Assembly: GCA_025058055.1 (NCBI GenBank)
Contig: JANXEU010000012.1
Location: 5,095 to 69,094 of the forward strand
DNA length: 64,000 bases
Reading direction: 5' to 3'
Source of the DNA: Candidatus Calditenuaceae archaeon
GTDB taxonomy: Archaea > Thermoproteota > Nitrososphaeria_A > Caldarchaeales > Calditenuaceae
Shown here: positions 17,767 to 26,908 of the stretch, in pieces
Position numbering within the stretch: the stretch's first letter is position 1
Layout of the letters: each line of letters starts with the position of its first letter
Made by a program: the position numbers and the translations under genes
The notes under the pieces: generated by a model
What the model was told of the DNA's origin: nothing
Seen by the model: only the letters and a program-made list of their open reading frames with translations
Database searches by the model: none

Positions 17767-18570
17767 ATGGTCGTGCTTTTGGAGGGCTTCATGCTGAGGG
17801 CATACGTTGCGGGAATACTTGTAGCGACCATACTTCCAACGGTCGGGAACTTCATCGTTCCGAAGAGGCTCTCGGTGATCAGCGACATGGCTGCACATGT
17901 GACGTTCGGTGCGCTGGCCCTTGCGACGCTTCTCAACCTCGTGGCCCAGGACCTGATACTCTACGGCGTGACCGCTCTCTCCGTCATCGGGGCACTTTGG
18001 CTGGTGAGGGCAGGAGGCTATTCTGGTGACATAGCGGCAGCGATCTTCCTAGCGCTTGGCGCAGCTACGGCCTCTATAGCCCTCAGCCTGGGATCGAGGT
18101 TGAGCTTGCAGGGAATACTGTTCGGATCTATACTTCTGGTCGGATGGGAGGAGGTCGTCTCAGCTGCGGCCGTCCTTGCGGTGATCGGTCTGACCCTTGC
18201 AGCGCGTTACAAGGCGCTGTTGCTCTACGTCTTAAGCGGGGAGCTGACTCGACTTAGAGGTTACAGGCCGGAGCTGATAGAAGTCCTTCTAGCGTTACTC
18301 TCGTCGATGGCGATCGTAAGCTCGATCAAACTGCTGGGCGTCCTCATGGTGACCGCGCTCACCGTGATTCCGGTTGCCTCGGCATCCAGCTTAGCCACCT
18401 CCATGAAGAGGTCGGTGGTCCTGTCGATAGCGATCGCGCAGTACTCCGTGCTCTCAGGGTTGTCGCTCTCCTATTTTGTGGGGTTTCCGCCAGGGGCCAT
18501 GACGGTTCTCACCGCGCTAACGGCGCTGCTGGTGACCTCGTTGCTCTCGAGAGTAGGGGTGAGGTTCTGA
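17767..18570 (+). CDS. ABC-3 family metal (Zn/Mn-type) transporter permease
   Basis: Polytopic 267-aa protein with ZnuB-like N-terminal and central segments. No cognate ATPase or binding protein is adjacent. Confidence 0.6.
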   Translation: MVVLLEGFMLRAYVAGILVATILPTVGNFIVPKRLSVISDMAAHVTFGALALATLLNLVAQDLILYGVTALSVIGALWLVRAGGYSGDIAAAIFLALGAATASIALSLGSRLSLQGILFGSILLVGWEEVVSAAAVLAVIGLTLAARYKALLLYVLSGELTRLRGYRPELIEVLLALLSSMAIVSSIKLLGVLMVTALTVIPVASASSLATSMKRSVVLSIAIAQYSVLSGLSLSYFVGFPPGAMTVLTALTALLVTSLLSRVGVRF

Positions 18571-18571
18571 A

Positions 18572-19852
18572 GTGGTTCAGCGATGGGTCGCGGGCCCTCT
18601 CGCGCTTCCTTTAATCGCTGTTTTGGCTATATTGACACTTGTCGAACCATCGTTCGCGCAGCCGTCGTTGATCGTCGTTATCAGAAACGCTGAGCACGTC
18701 ACCAACGAGCTGAAGATCGTCATAGACGGCCCCATGGGCAAGCTTACCTTCGAGGGGCGGACGTCGGTAACCCTGACAGGCGTTTTGAGCGGGGTTTACG
18801 CGGTCACCGTGTACTGGCGGCAACACCTCGTCGCTGCTAAATCGGTCGCGGTCAACGTGGAGAACGTGGTCGAGACGATAGAGCTGCCGTTCTTCGACTT
18901 CGCGATGCGCGTGGTTGACCTGAACGGTGGAGATCTTCCGGGGCCCTTCACGGTGAGGGTTGAACCTCGTGACGCTTTCGGCGAGCTCCGCGTCGTCGAT
19001 GGCTCTCTGGTCCTGATCAACGCTGTAAGGACACTGTACTACACTATCACCGTAGAGTGGGAGAGTCTGGTCTATCAAAGGAGGGCTCAGGGCGTTGCAG
19101 CAGGCTACGGCTCGGACCTGATGAGGAGAGGCGTAATCACCGTACCGGTTGGCGACGTGACGGTCTCGATAGTGGATCAGAAGGGAAGAGGTCTAGGAGG
19201 TGCGGTCCTGAGCACAGCCAACGCGAGGTTAACGACTGCGGACGACGGTGTGGCGCTCTTGAGGCGTGTTCCACTTGAAAGTGCCGAAGGTGCGGTCAGC
19301 CTACCGGTGACCGTGAGCTTCGAGGGCCATGAGGTCGCCAGTCAGGTCCTGAGGGTCTCTAGGGAGGTGAGGTCCTTTACCGTAACGGCCTCGGTCTACG
19401 ACCTCAACGTAGCGGTCTTCGGGTCAAACGAGCAGCCTTTGAGCGGAGCAAAGGTCTCGCTGCTCAGGGAGGGAGTTGAGGTGGGTTTAGCGTTCTCAGA
19501 CGAAGGAGGTCTAGCCAGATTGAGCAGAGTGATCCCAGTAAGACACTTCCTCAGGGTCGAGTACAAGGGAGCCGATACGGTTCTGGAACTCTCACCTGAG
19601 TTGATCAGACGCGGGACCGTTGAGGCGAGGTTGCCGGTCTTCATCGAGCTCGGCGGTGCACCGCTCTCTTTCGAGCAGCTGCTCGCTTTGATCATAGTGC
19701 TGGTGATGGCTGTTCTCGGAGCGACTTTCGCCATAGCGTTTTACATACGCAGGAGATCTCGGAAGCTGTTGGTGAGGGGGCCGATCTTTGCACTCAATAC
19801 CACTCTCTTGGGTAGCGCCAATCGGAACCGTGCGATCTCCTTCCGACTCTGA
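18572..19852 (+). CDS. exported, C-terminally anchored protein with carboxypeptidase-regulatory-like beta-sandwich repeats
   Basis: Signal-like N-terminus. Repeats of the type VSIVDQKGRGLGGAVLSTANARLTTADDGVALLRRVPL. A C-terminal TM helix is followed by RRRSRK. Confidence 0.5.
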   Translation: MVQRWVAGPLALPLIAVLAILTLVEPSFAQPSLIVVIRNAEHVTNELKIVIDGPMGKLTFEGRTSVTLTGVLSGVYAVTVYWRQHLVAAKSVAVNVENVVETIELPFFDFAMRVVDLNGGDLPGPFTVRVEPRDAFGELRVVDGSLVLINAVRTLYYTITVEWESLVYQRRAQGVAAGYGSDLMRRGVITVPVGDVTVSIVDQKGRGLGGAVLSTANARLTTADDGVALLRRVPLESAEGAVSLPVTVSFEGHEVASQVLRVSREVRSFTVTASVYDLNVAVFGSNEQPLSGAKVSLLREGVEVGLAFSDEGGLARLSRVIPVRHFLRVEYKGADTVLELSPELIRRGTVEARLPVFIELGGAPLSFEQLLALIIVLVMAVLGATFAIAFYIRRRSRKLLVRGPIFALNTTLLGSANRNRAISFRL

Positions 19853-20642
19853 ACACCTCAGGCATCATGCGTTTGTGCTGGCTCGACCTAACCATGTGCT
19901 CCACCTTCACCACCAACGCCTTGTCAATTCCGAGCTCTTCAGCGACGGCCGCAGGGTCCAACCACTCGTCGAACCGCAGATAAAGGATGCTGTCAAGTAG
20001 CTCGTAACTCATCCCGATCTCCTCGATCGCCAAGTGGTCCTTCCAGAGCCTCGGAGACGGAAGTTTAACTATAACCTCCTCAGGGATGCCAAGATGCTTG
20101 CCTAACTGCTTCACCTGTGTCTTGTAGAGGTCTGCTATCGGCATGACATCAACACCCGCGTCGCCGTATTTCGTGAAGTATCCGATCGTGAGTTCGGACT
20201 TGTCGCTGGTCCCGATGACGAGGCTGTCGGTGCTCGCCGCTAAAGCGTGCAACATGATCATCCTCACCCTCGCGGTGACGTTCCCCCTCACCACCCTGTC
20301 CGTAACGGAGAGGTCTGAGGATATCTCCTCGACGATCGGCTCGATGTCTATGACTCTGTAGTTCACCTCTGGGATCGAGAGCTCCTCGATGACCTTCATG
20401 GCGTCCCTCAGGTCTTCCTTCGGTGTGACGGAAGTGGGTAGAATTAGACACCTGACCCTCTCCGGACTCAGTGCTCTAACGGCGAGGTAAGCCGTCACCG
20501 TTGAGTCAAGTCCTCCGCTCAGCCCTATGACTCCCCCGCTCCTCCCAGCGTAGTCGAGAACGTATTGCCTGAGCCTCTTCGAGAGGTACTCAGCAACGAA
20601 CTCCGCATCGATCTCCAGCTCCCTTATCGGGACCTGTCGCAA
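19794..20642 (-). CDS. nadE: NH3-dependent NAD+ synthetase
   Basis: PP-loop GLSGGLDSTV, with FTKYGDAGVD and the rest of the NadE pattern. Confidence 0.9.
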   Translation of the reverse strand: MRQVPIRELEIDAEFVAEYLSKRLRQYVLDYAGRSGGVIGLSGGLDSTVTAYLAVRALSPERVRCLILPTSVTPKEDLRDAMKVIEELSIPEVNYRVIDIEPIVEEISSDLSVTDRVVRGNVTARVRMIMLHALAASTDSLVIGTSDKSELTIGYFTKYGDAGVDVMPIADLYKTQVKQLGKHLGIPEEVIVKLPSPRLWKDHLAIEEIGMSYELLDSILYLRFDEWLDPAAVAEELGIDKALVVKVEHMVRSSQHKRMMPEVFRVGRRSHGSDWRYPREWY

Positions 20643-20696
20643 AGCCTCCCCTTCAATTGGGGGCCCATGTTAAATATCTAACGAGTTGACGTTGCG

Positions 20697-22268
20697 GTGA
20701 AGATGAGCAGAGACGAGAGGTCAGTGCCTAGGACGATGGCTTCTCAGCACCCAGATCACGTCTCACCACCGCCTTGGTCGAGAGAGCCGATGATCTCAGG
20801 AGTCGACGAGGTGGTCGAAGTCTACTGGGCCTATGCGGAGTATGGAACCGATGAGGTGATGTGGGACGCGGAGGGTAAGGACATCGATCCCAACGTCGTC
20901 AGGAAGCTCCTGACCTCCTACCCTGAATTCTTCAAGACCAAGAGGTTAGGCAGGGAAGTATATCTGACCTTCAGGCTCCCGAACCCGTCGATAGAGGTCG
21001 TGGAGCGTAAGGTCTTCCTCGAGACGCTTCAGTCGATACCAAGGCATAACGACGTTGCCAAAGCCTTCTACGGTGATTCCGATAGGCCCGCGGTCTTTGA
21101 GGTGATATTGCCATTCACGACGAGTCACGTCGAGCTGCTCAGAGTGGGCGAGAGTTACAGGAAGGCCGTCGCGGCACCGCTTCTCGAGAGGATCGACTTC
21201 CAAGGGACGAGGCTCGTAGACTGGGTCGGAGACATCGAGCCTGAGTTCGTGGACGTGATACCCTTGGTCGAGGACATAGACACCGTGACTAACTTGGAGC
21301 GGCTGCTGATTAAGTACGCGGAGCTCGTTGGGCCGCGATACATCAGAACGTTCATCGCTAGGTCGGATCCCGCCATGAACTACGGCTTCGTGGTTGCGGT
21401 CCTTCTCGCGAAATACGGTCTCTGGGCCTGCAGGAGGGCCTCTGAGCAGCTCGGCATACCCATTTTCCCTATCATAGGAGCTGGCGCTTTGCCTTTCAGA
21501 GGTCACAATTCTCCAGACAACGTCGAGAGCCTCGTCGAGGAATATAGGGGAGTTTACACGGTAACGATCCAATCCGCGTTCAGGTACGATTATCCGATCG
21601 ATCAGGCCCGTTCCGCGATCTCGAAGCTCAAGTCCGTCCTGCCCAGAGGCGAGGCGAAGGAGGTGAACAGGGACTTGCTTCTCGAGGTAGCGTCCAAGTT
21701 GGTTCCTGCGTTCCAGTTTAGCATCGAGTCCGCGGCCCGTGCGATCAATATGATAGCTTCTCACATCCCACCGAGACGGGCTAGAAGGCAACACATAGGC
21801 CTCTTCGGTTACAGCAGAACGGTCGGATCGATACGGTTGCCGAGGGCCATACCCTTTACCGCCTCTCTGTACTCGATCGGTATGCCGCCGGAGCTGATAG
21901 GGTTGAGGGCCATAAATTCGCTGAGCGAGGAGGAGTTCGACTTCGTTCTGGAGACGCACTTGAACCTCAGACGTGACCTCGAGGCGGTCGGTAGGAGGGT
22001 TTCTTGGGAGTGCATCTCCCTGATCAACGAGAACAGTGAAGCTGCTAAGGCAGTCTTCGGGCCGGAGTTCGTCGATCGTTTCGTGCCGAAATACCTTGAA
22101 GACCTCAGCATCGTTGAGGAACAGCTGGGATTGAAGACCGGCCCTCGAACCGTCTCCGACAGGATGTACCTCAACTCCGTTGAGAACGTCATGATAGCGC
22201 TGCTGACGGGTCACGATCCTGTTCAGGAGCTAGTTAGGGCTGCGTCGCTCCGGCGGTCACTGGGTTAG
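20697..22268 (+). CDS. ppcA: archaeal-type phosphoenolpyruvate carboxylase
   Basis: N-terminal PRTMASQHPDH signature of PpcA-type PEPC; about 520 aa. Confidence 0.85.
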   Translation: MKMSRDERSVPRTMASQHPDHVSPPPWSREPMISGVDEVVEVYWAYAEYGTDEVMWDAEGKDIDPNVVRKLLTSYPEFFKTKRLGREVYLTFRLPNPSIEVVERKVFLETLQSIPRHNDVAKAFYGDSDRPAVFEVILPFTTSHVELLRVGESYRKAVAAPLLERIDFQGTRLVDWVGDIEPEFVDVIPLVEDIDTVTNLERLLIKYAELVGPRYIRTFIARSDPAMNYGFVVAVLLAKYGLWACRRASEQLGIPIFPIIGAGALPFRGHNSPDNVESLVEEYRGVYTVTIQSAFRYDYPIDQARSAISKLKSVLPRGEAKEVNRDLLLEVASKLVPAFQFSIESAARAINMIASHIPPRRARRQHIGLFGYSRTVGSIRLPRAIPFTASLYSIGMPPELIGLRAINSLSEEEFDFVLETHLNLRRDLEAVGRRVSWECISLINENSEAAKAVFGPEFVDRFVPKYLEDLSIVEEQLGLKTGPRTVSDRMYLNSVENVMIALLTGHDPVQELVRAASLRRSLG

Positions 22269-22338
22269 AATGGGTCTGAGTCGAGCTCGTTCTGACAACC
22301 CCTAAAGCTCACGTCATACGAATACGAGGTGGTCTCAG

Positions 22339-22623
22339 GTGTCATACGTGAAGCGGGCGATCGCGCGACTTGAGGCGAGCAGCGTAGCGATCAGCGAAAT
22401 TCTCCGTGATACGATCGCAACCTTCGGAAGCGCAGTCGCTGGAGTCTTCATCGGGCCCGACTCAGACGGTTTCAGGGAAGTCTACGTCGAGTTCGAGTGT
22501 GACGAGGAGGTGATGGGTTTGGTCATCGAAAAGCTGAAGAGCGTGAAGGGCCTACACTCTTTGAAGGTGAGGGACGTAGACGCTCTAATAGACTTCGCGT
22601 CAGCTTGGAGGAAGGCCTTCTGA
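22339..22623 (+). CDS. hypothetical small protein (ACT-like composition)
   Basis: 94-aa ORF with no motif; call rests on protein-like composition only. Confidence 0.35.
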   Translation: MSYVKRAIARLEASSVAISEILRDTIATFGSAVAGVFIGPDSDGFREVYVEFECDEEVMGLVIEKLKSVKGLHSLKVRDVDALIDFASAWRKAF

Positions 22624-22628
22624 GAGGT

Positions 22629-23537
22629 TCACGATGTCTTTCTCCTCAGCCATCCCATAATCGCATCGATCGGGTTGGTAGAAGGGGGGGCGGTGGATAT
22701 CTTGGGACCGGAGAGAGCGATTGGGTTGTAGACCATCCCTACTCTGGAGGTGGAGGAGAGCTCGAAGTCCGGCGTCATCTCGAGGGCGTAGAACGGACAG
22801 GCGTCGACGCAGAAGCCACAGAACACGCACCGGCCATAGTCGACCATGGGGAAGTAGGACTTCTTGTTGACAGGTATGTTCATGTTCCTCTTCTCGACTC
22901 TGAGAACAAGCGTGACGTCGTCTTTGATAAGCTCGTAGAGCACTCTATCTGGAGATTCGTCCTTCGCAATCCTCACCTCGTATCCCCTAGTTATCATCGC
23001 TCTGAAGGAGTCTTCGAAGTAGTCCCTTACGAGCAGGTCTAACCTGTTCGCCCACACGGCATCCGAGTTGAGCTTGAGCACGTAGCCCGAATCGGTCTTG
23101 CTGACGTTCTTCAAGTTCACGAGCACCGGCATCACGGGATGCGAGAACCCTCCCCTGTGGTCCTCCGTGACGTACCTGTTGAAGCCCTCCATCAGCAAAT
23201 CGACGGCGCCCGTAACAGGCGACTCCTTCTTCCCGAGCTCCGAGTAGGCACGCTCTGGCATCTCGAGGACCACGTCGTAAGCGTAGACCATAGTGATCGC
23301 CTCGGCGATGTTCTGGCACGCTATGTCGCAGAGGCTGCAGCCCGTGCACTTGTCGAGTCTCAGAAGGTGTCTCCCCTTTGATCCCGGATAAGCGATGCCA
23401 GCCTTAGGGTCGTATCTGTAGTTCTCCTGAAGAGCGCTGGGAACCCGCTCATAGGGGTATTTGTAAGTGTAGGGTTTCGCGAATACGTGCTTGGCTGCTG
23501 ACCAGAGTGGGCCGAGGACCTCCTTCAACGACACCAT
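22629..23537 (-). CDS. NuoI-like 2x[4Fe-4S] ferredoxin-domain protein with a large insertion
   Basis: CTGCSLCDIAC (res 64-74) and CVFCGFCVDACP (res 237-248). The N-terminal KYPYE and the C-terminal YALEMTPDFEL resemble NuoI. Confidence 0.65.
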   Translation of the reverse strand: MVSLKEVLGPLWSAAKHVFAKPYTYKYPYERVPSALQENYRYDPKAGIAYPGSKGRHLLRLDKCTGCSLCDIACQNIAEAITMVYAYDVVLEMPERAYSELGKKESPVTGAVDLLMEGFNRYVTEDHRGGFSHPVMPVLVNLKNVSKTDSGYVLKLNSDAVWANRLDLLVRDYFEDSFRAMITRGYEVRIAKDESPDRVLYELIKDDVTLVLRVEKRNMNIPVNKKSYFPMVDYGRCVFCGFCVDACPFYALEMTPDFELSSTSRVGMVYNPIALSGPKISTAPPSTNPIDAIMGWLRRKTS

Positions 23538-23653
23538 TCATCGCTCTAACTCGTTTGCCGATAATAAATCGAACTCGGTTAGTGAAGATCCGGTTGTCCT
23601 CCGTGTCTGGTAAGGCGTTCACGTATTTATAACACTGAACGTGGAGGAGATTT

Positions 23654-24100
23654 ATGAGGTTCGACGGAGTTTTTGAAGTGAACGCTCCTCCAGAACAGGT
23701 CTTCAAAGTGGCGAGCGACCCGAAGCAGTTCAGTAAGGCCATACCCGATGTGAGGAAGGTAACGCTGCTGGATGCGGAGCGGTTCAACGTCGAGTTCGTG
23801 ATCTCATTAGGTCCGATCAGGGGCAACATGAAGGTGGACTTCCGGTACGAGCAGCTTACTCCGAACAGTAAGGTACTGGTCGTCGGGAATGGAAGCGGTC
23901 TTCAGTCGACGGTTAACTTGAGAATCGATGCCACCATAGAACCTATTGGCACCGGTTCAAGGGTGAAGTGGGCTGCAGACCTCTCGGTCGGGGGACTAGT
24001 TGCAAGTGTCGGTGGCAGGCTAATTGAGAGCGTGACGAAGGACAAGGTCACCGAGATCATAAACAACCTGAAGAAGTTGGTAGAGAAGGGATCAAGGTGA
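23654..24100 (+). CDS. SRPBCC/CoxG family protein
   Basis: MRFDGVFEVNAPPEQVFKVASDPKQFSKAIPDV is a typical CoxG N-terminus; 148 aa. Confidence 0.7.
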   Translation: MRFDGVFEVNAPPEQVFKVASDPKQFSKAIPDVRKVTLLDAERFNVEFVISLGPIRGNMKVDFRYEQLTPNSKVLVVGNGSGLQSTVNLRIDATIEPIGTGSRVKWAADLSVGGLVASVGGRLIESVTKDKVTEIINNLKKLVEKGSR

Positions 24101-24120
24101 TTAGAGACCGCGGCCTGCGT

Positions 24121-25275
24121 TCATCCAGTTATGCTGTGATACCACCGCAGTATGTATTCGGGTAGCTTGAGTCCTCTCTCCTGCAGCCTCTCGACTACGA
24201 AGATGGGTACTGGACTTGTAGCGAAGGCAGCCTTGATGTAGAAGTCGTTTGGTGCGCCGGGTTCTGCGTTGGTCTGGATCCTGAAAGCGTAGTCCGATAA
24301 AGACTCGAGCGTGGTGTTGCTCCTCCCAACTACCGAGAGGATCGTGCCTCCGAGCTTCTTGAAGTTCCTACACCAAGAGACCACGATCTCAGTCTCACCG
24401 CTGTGAGAGATTACCAGCAGCAGGTCACCCGCCCTAGGAGGTGGGGTACTCGACTCTCCGGCCACGTAGACTTGATCTCCGATGGCTCTCTTGACGTGAC
24501 CTAGCCTCACCGCTATCATCCTACTAACCTCTCTGCCGCTACCCAGTCCGGCGAAGAAGCAGAGGTTCCTCCTCTCCAGCAGCTCGACCAGCGTCCTCAT
24601 GAAGTCGCTTCCCACGAAACTCTCGATGATGCCGTTGGTCTCGTTGATCAACCTCTGTACCCTGTCTCTGATCTCAGAGGGCCTTCCCGTATACATGGAC
24701 TCCGCGATTGCTTGGAGCACCAAGCTCGCACTCAAGATGAAGACGTCCTCAAGGATGCCCACCGACTTGAAAGTCGAAGTGTCGATAGCGTCCTCGTCGA
24801 TCTCACGGCCCTTGATAGTCATGCACGTGCCGAACTCGCGCCCAAGCCTTCCGAGTGGTGAATTAGGGTCGCTGGTGACGACATCGATGCTGAAGTCCCT
24901 CCTGCGTCCTGCTTTCGTGATGTAGAGGGCCAATTTCTGCGCGTCCACCAGAGGTACCAAAGACCTGCCGCTGCCAGAGAGGACCAACAACGACAGCTGA
25001 CCGTATCGGTCCCTCAGAATTGGTGCTGCACCGTCCATCTCCCTGTCTGGAAAGCCAACGTCTCCTCTGTCGAAGATGACTTTACCTCCTCGCATCTTAG
25101 CGATTTCGGAGCATATGATGCTGAGGGCGCCTTTGCTCCTGCCCTCACCGTTCATCACGATAACACCTGCAGCTTTCAGCGAGGAGTAAAGCGACGCGGC
25201 CTCGTCCCAGTTGACTTCCGCCACGTTCTCAAAGACCTGATTCATGTAACCGATCGTGCTCTTGGGGATCAGCAT
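24121..25275 (-). CDS. tandem SIS-domain sugar-phosphate binding/isomerase-like protein
   Basis: Two SIS-like modules (NGEGRSKG...LVLSGSGRS; FAGLGSGRE...LLVISHSGET). Confidence 0.6.
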   Translation of the reverse strand: MLIPKSTIGYMNQVFENVAEVNWDEAASLYSSLKAAGVIVMNGEGRSKGALSIICSEIAKMRGGKVIFDRGDVGFPDREMDGAAPILRDRYGQLSLLVLSGSGRSLVPLVDAQKLALYITKAGRRRDFSIDVVTSDPNSPLGRLGREFGTCMTIKGREIDEDAIDTSTFKSVGILEDVFILSASLVLQAIAESMYTGRPSEIRDRVQRLINETNGIIESFVGSDFMRTLVELLERRNLCFFAGLGSGREVSRMIAVRLGHVKRAIGDQVYVAGESSTPPPRAGDLLLVISHSGETEIVVSWCRNFKKLGGTILSVVGRSNTTLESLSDYAFRIQTNAEPGAPNDFYIKAAFATSPVPIFVVERLQERGLKLPEYILRWYHSITG

Positions 25276-25431
25276 CTCTCAGGCCTACCCGATTCGACCA
25301 TCATTTAAAGTTGGGAAAAACTGTGTTCGGAGACTTTCTCCTCGAATCTCCTCCACCGACCGTTGAACTGAAGAGTCGCTGCGGCTCCAGGAGTCTAGCT
25401 TATATAATGACCGACCGCATGTTGAACGGAC

Positions 25432-26040
25432 ATGGCGTTCCAGTATCCGTTCCCGGGAGCGACGACGTTGGGCATCAGGTGCAAGGACGGTGTCGTTCTA
25501 GCATCAGAGAAACGCTTGGCGTACGGGTACTTCGTTGTCTCCAAGAACGTGAGAAAGGTCTTCCAAGTTACTCCGAAGGTCGGAGCCGCGTGTGCCGGTC
25601 TGGTGTCGGACATGCAGAACTTAATCCGTGACTTGAAGTTCTTGGTGAACCTTTACGTCCTTGAGGAGAGGAGGCAGCCCTCTGTCAATTCGATCGCTAA
25701 GGTGATGTCCAACTTGCTCTTCGGGAACAGATACTTCCCCTACCTCACGGAGGCCGTTGTGGGAGGGTTTGACGAGAAGGGCCCGCACGTTATTGTCTTG
25801 GACGCTATGGGCTCGATGATAGAGGACGACTACGCGGTGGTTGGGTCGGGTGCCGAGATCGCGGTGGGCGTGCTGGAAGGCGAGTACAACACGAAGATGG
25901 GTTCCAAAGAGATCTATGAGCTAGCGCTTAGGGCCCTAAGGACCTCGATGGCCCGTGACAGCGGTAGCGGCAACGGCATCGATATTCTGCTCATCAACGA
26001 GAACGGAATCGTTAAGGACGAGACGGTCCCCGTCAGCTGA
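25432..26040 (+). CDS. psmB: proteasome beta subunit
   Basis: Short propeptide followed by TTLGIRCKDGVVLASEKR (catalytic Thr) and a GSG motif. TATA-like TTATATAA lies upstream. Confidence 0.9.
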   Translation: MAFQYPFPGATTLGIRCKDGVVLASEKRLAYGYFVVSKNVRKVFQVTPKVGAACAGLVSDMQNLIRDLKFLVNLYVLEERRQPSVNSIAKVMSNLLFGNRYFPYLTEAVVGGFDEKGPHVIVLDAMGSMIEDDYAVVGSGAEIAVGVLEGEYNTKMGSKEIYELALRALRTSMARDSGSGNGIDILLINENGIVKDETVPVS

Positions 26041-26115
26041 GCCGGGTCAATACCCCCTTTAAATTGGCGAGATGCGATTTAAACTATATCAGATAGTATA
26101 ACACCGTTATGTCAA

Positions 26116-26844
26116 ATGACCCTGAACCTGATGGCGGTGAGGGCGCTTCTTACCCTCTACGCCCAGAATGGGTTCTCCGTCAGCGTCAAAGTCTCCACAC
26201 CTGCACTAGCCAGAACGTTGGGCACTTCTCAGCAATCGGCTTCCAGAATTCTGATAAGGCTGGAGAAGGAGGGTCTAATCGAGAGAAGGTCGGTAGGCCG
26301 GGTTACCTTCGTCAGGGTGACAGAGCTCGGCCTCAACAAGTTGTTGGACCTATATACTGACCTTAGGGCCGTAATCGAAAGGCCCATGGACTTCGTGCTG
26401 GAGGGAAGGGTCTTCACCGGGTTCGGCGAGGGCGCGTTCTATGTGTCCCTGCCCAAGTACAGGCAGCAGTTCAGGGAGAAGTTGGGTTTCGATCCGTTTC
26501 CGGGGACGTTGAACGTCAGACTTCTCTCTCTCGACTCGATAAATAACAGGAGGCTCCTCAACAGGATCGCGGACGTCTACATAGAGGGTTTCAAGAACGG
26601 ATCGCGCACCTACGGCGGCCTCAAGGCCATACACGGAACCTTCAACGACTCCGAGCTTTGCGCTGTCCTCTTCATCGAGAGGACTCATTACGGTAGCGAC
26701 GTCGTTGAAGTGATATCACCAGTTTACCTGAGAGGGCGGTTCGCTCTCAAGGACGGCGACAAGGTCCGGATCCGCGTCACGATACCGAAGGAGAAGGTCG
26801 AGCGTGAAGAGGTCGGCGGTGAGTTAGTGAGCGTAGGGACGTGA
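26116..26844 (+). CDS. ribK: CTP-dependent riboflavin kinase fused to N-terminal winged-helix DNA-binding domain (RbkR-type)
   Basis: C-terminal GFGEGAFYVSLPKYRQQF...FPGTLNV archaeal RibK pattern. The N-terminal roughly 90 aa are HTH-like (LARTLGTSQQSASRILIRLEKEGLI). Confidence 0.8.
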   Translation: MTLNLMAVRALLTLYAQNGFSVSVKVSTPALARTLGTSQQSASRILIRLEKEGLIERRSVGRVTFVRVTELGLNKLLDLYTDLRAVIERPMDFVLEGRVFTGFGEGAFYVSLPKYRQQFREKLGFDPFPGTLNVRLLSLDSINNRRLLNRIADVYIEGFKNGSRTYGGLKAIHGTFNDSELCAVLFIERTHYGSDVVEVISPVYLRGRFALKDGDKVRIRVTIPKEKVEREEVGGELVSVGT

Positions 26845-26908
26845 TGCGTTCCTTATCGAGCGGCTTAAATCGAGGAGTGAGTAGCTGTTTGGGGAGGTAA
26901 TCAGAGCC

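Noticed and set aside
20946-22214. 422-aa ORF on the minus strand
   Set aside because: It lies entirely antisense to the archaeal PEP carboxylase gene, whose product has the family N-terminal signature. The antisense product is Arg/Pro/Leu-rich with no motifs, which is the typical stop-poor shadow frame of a GC-rich gene.
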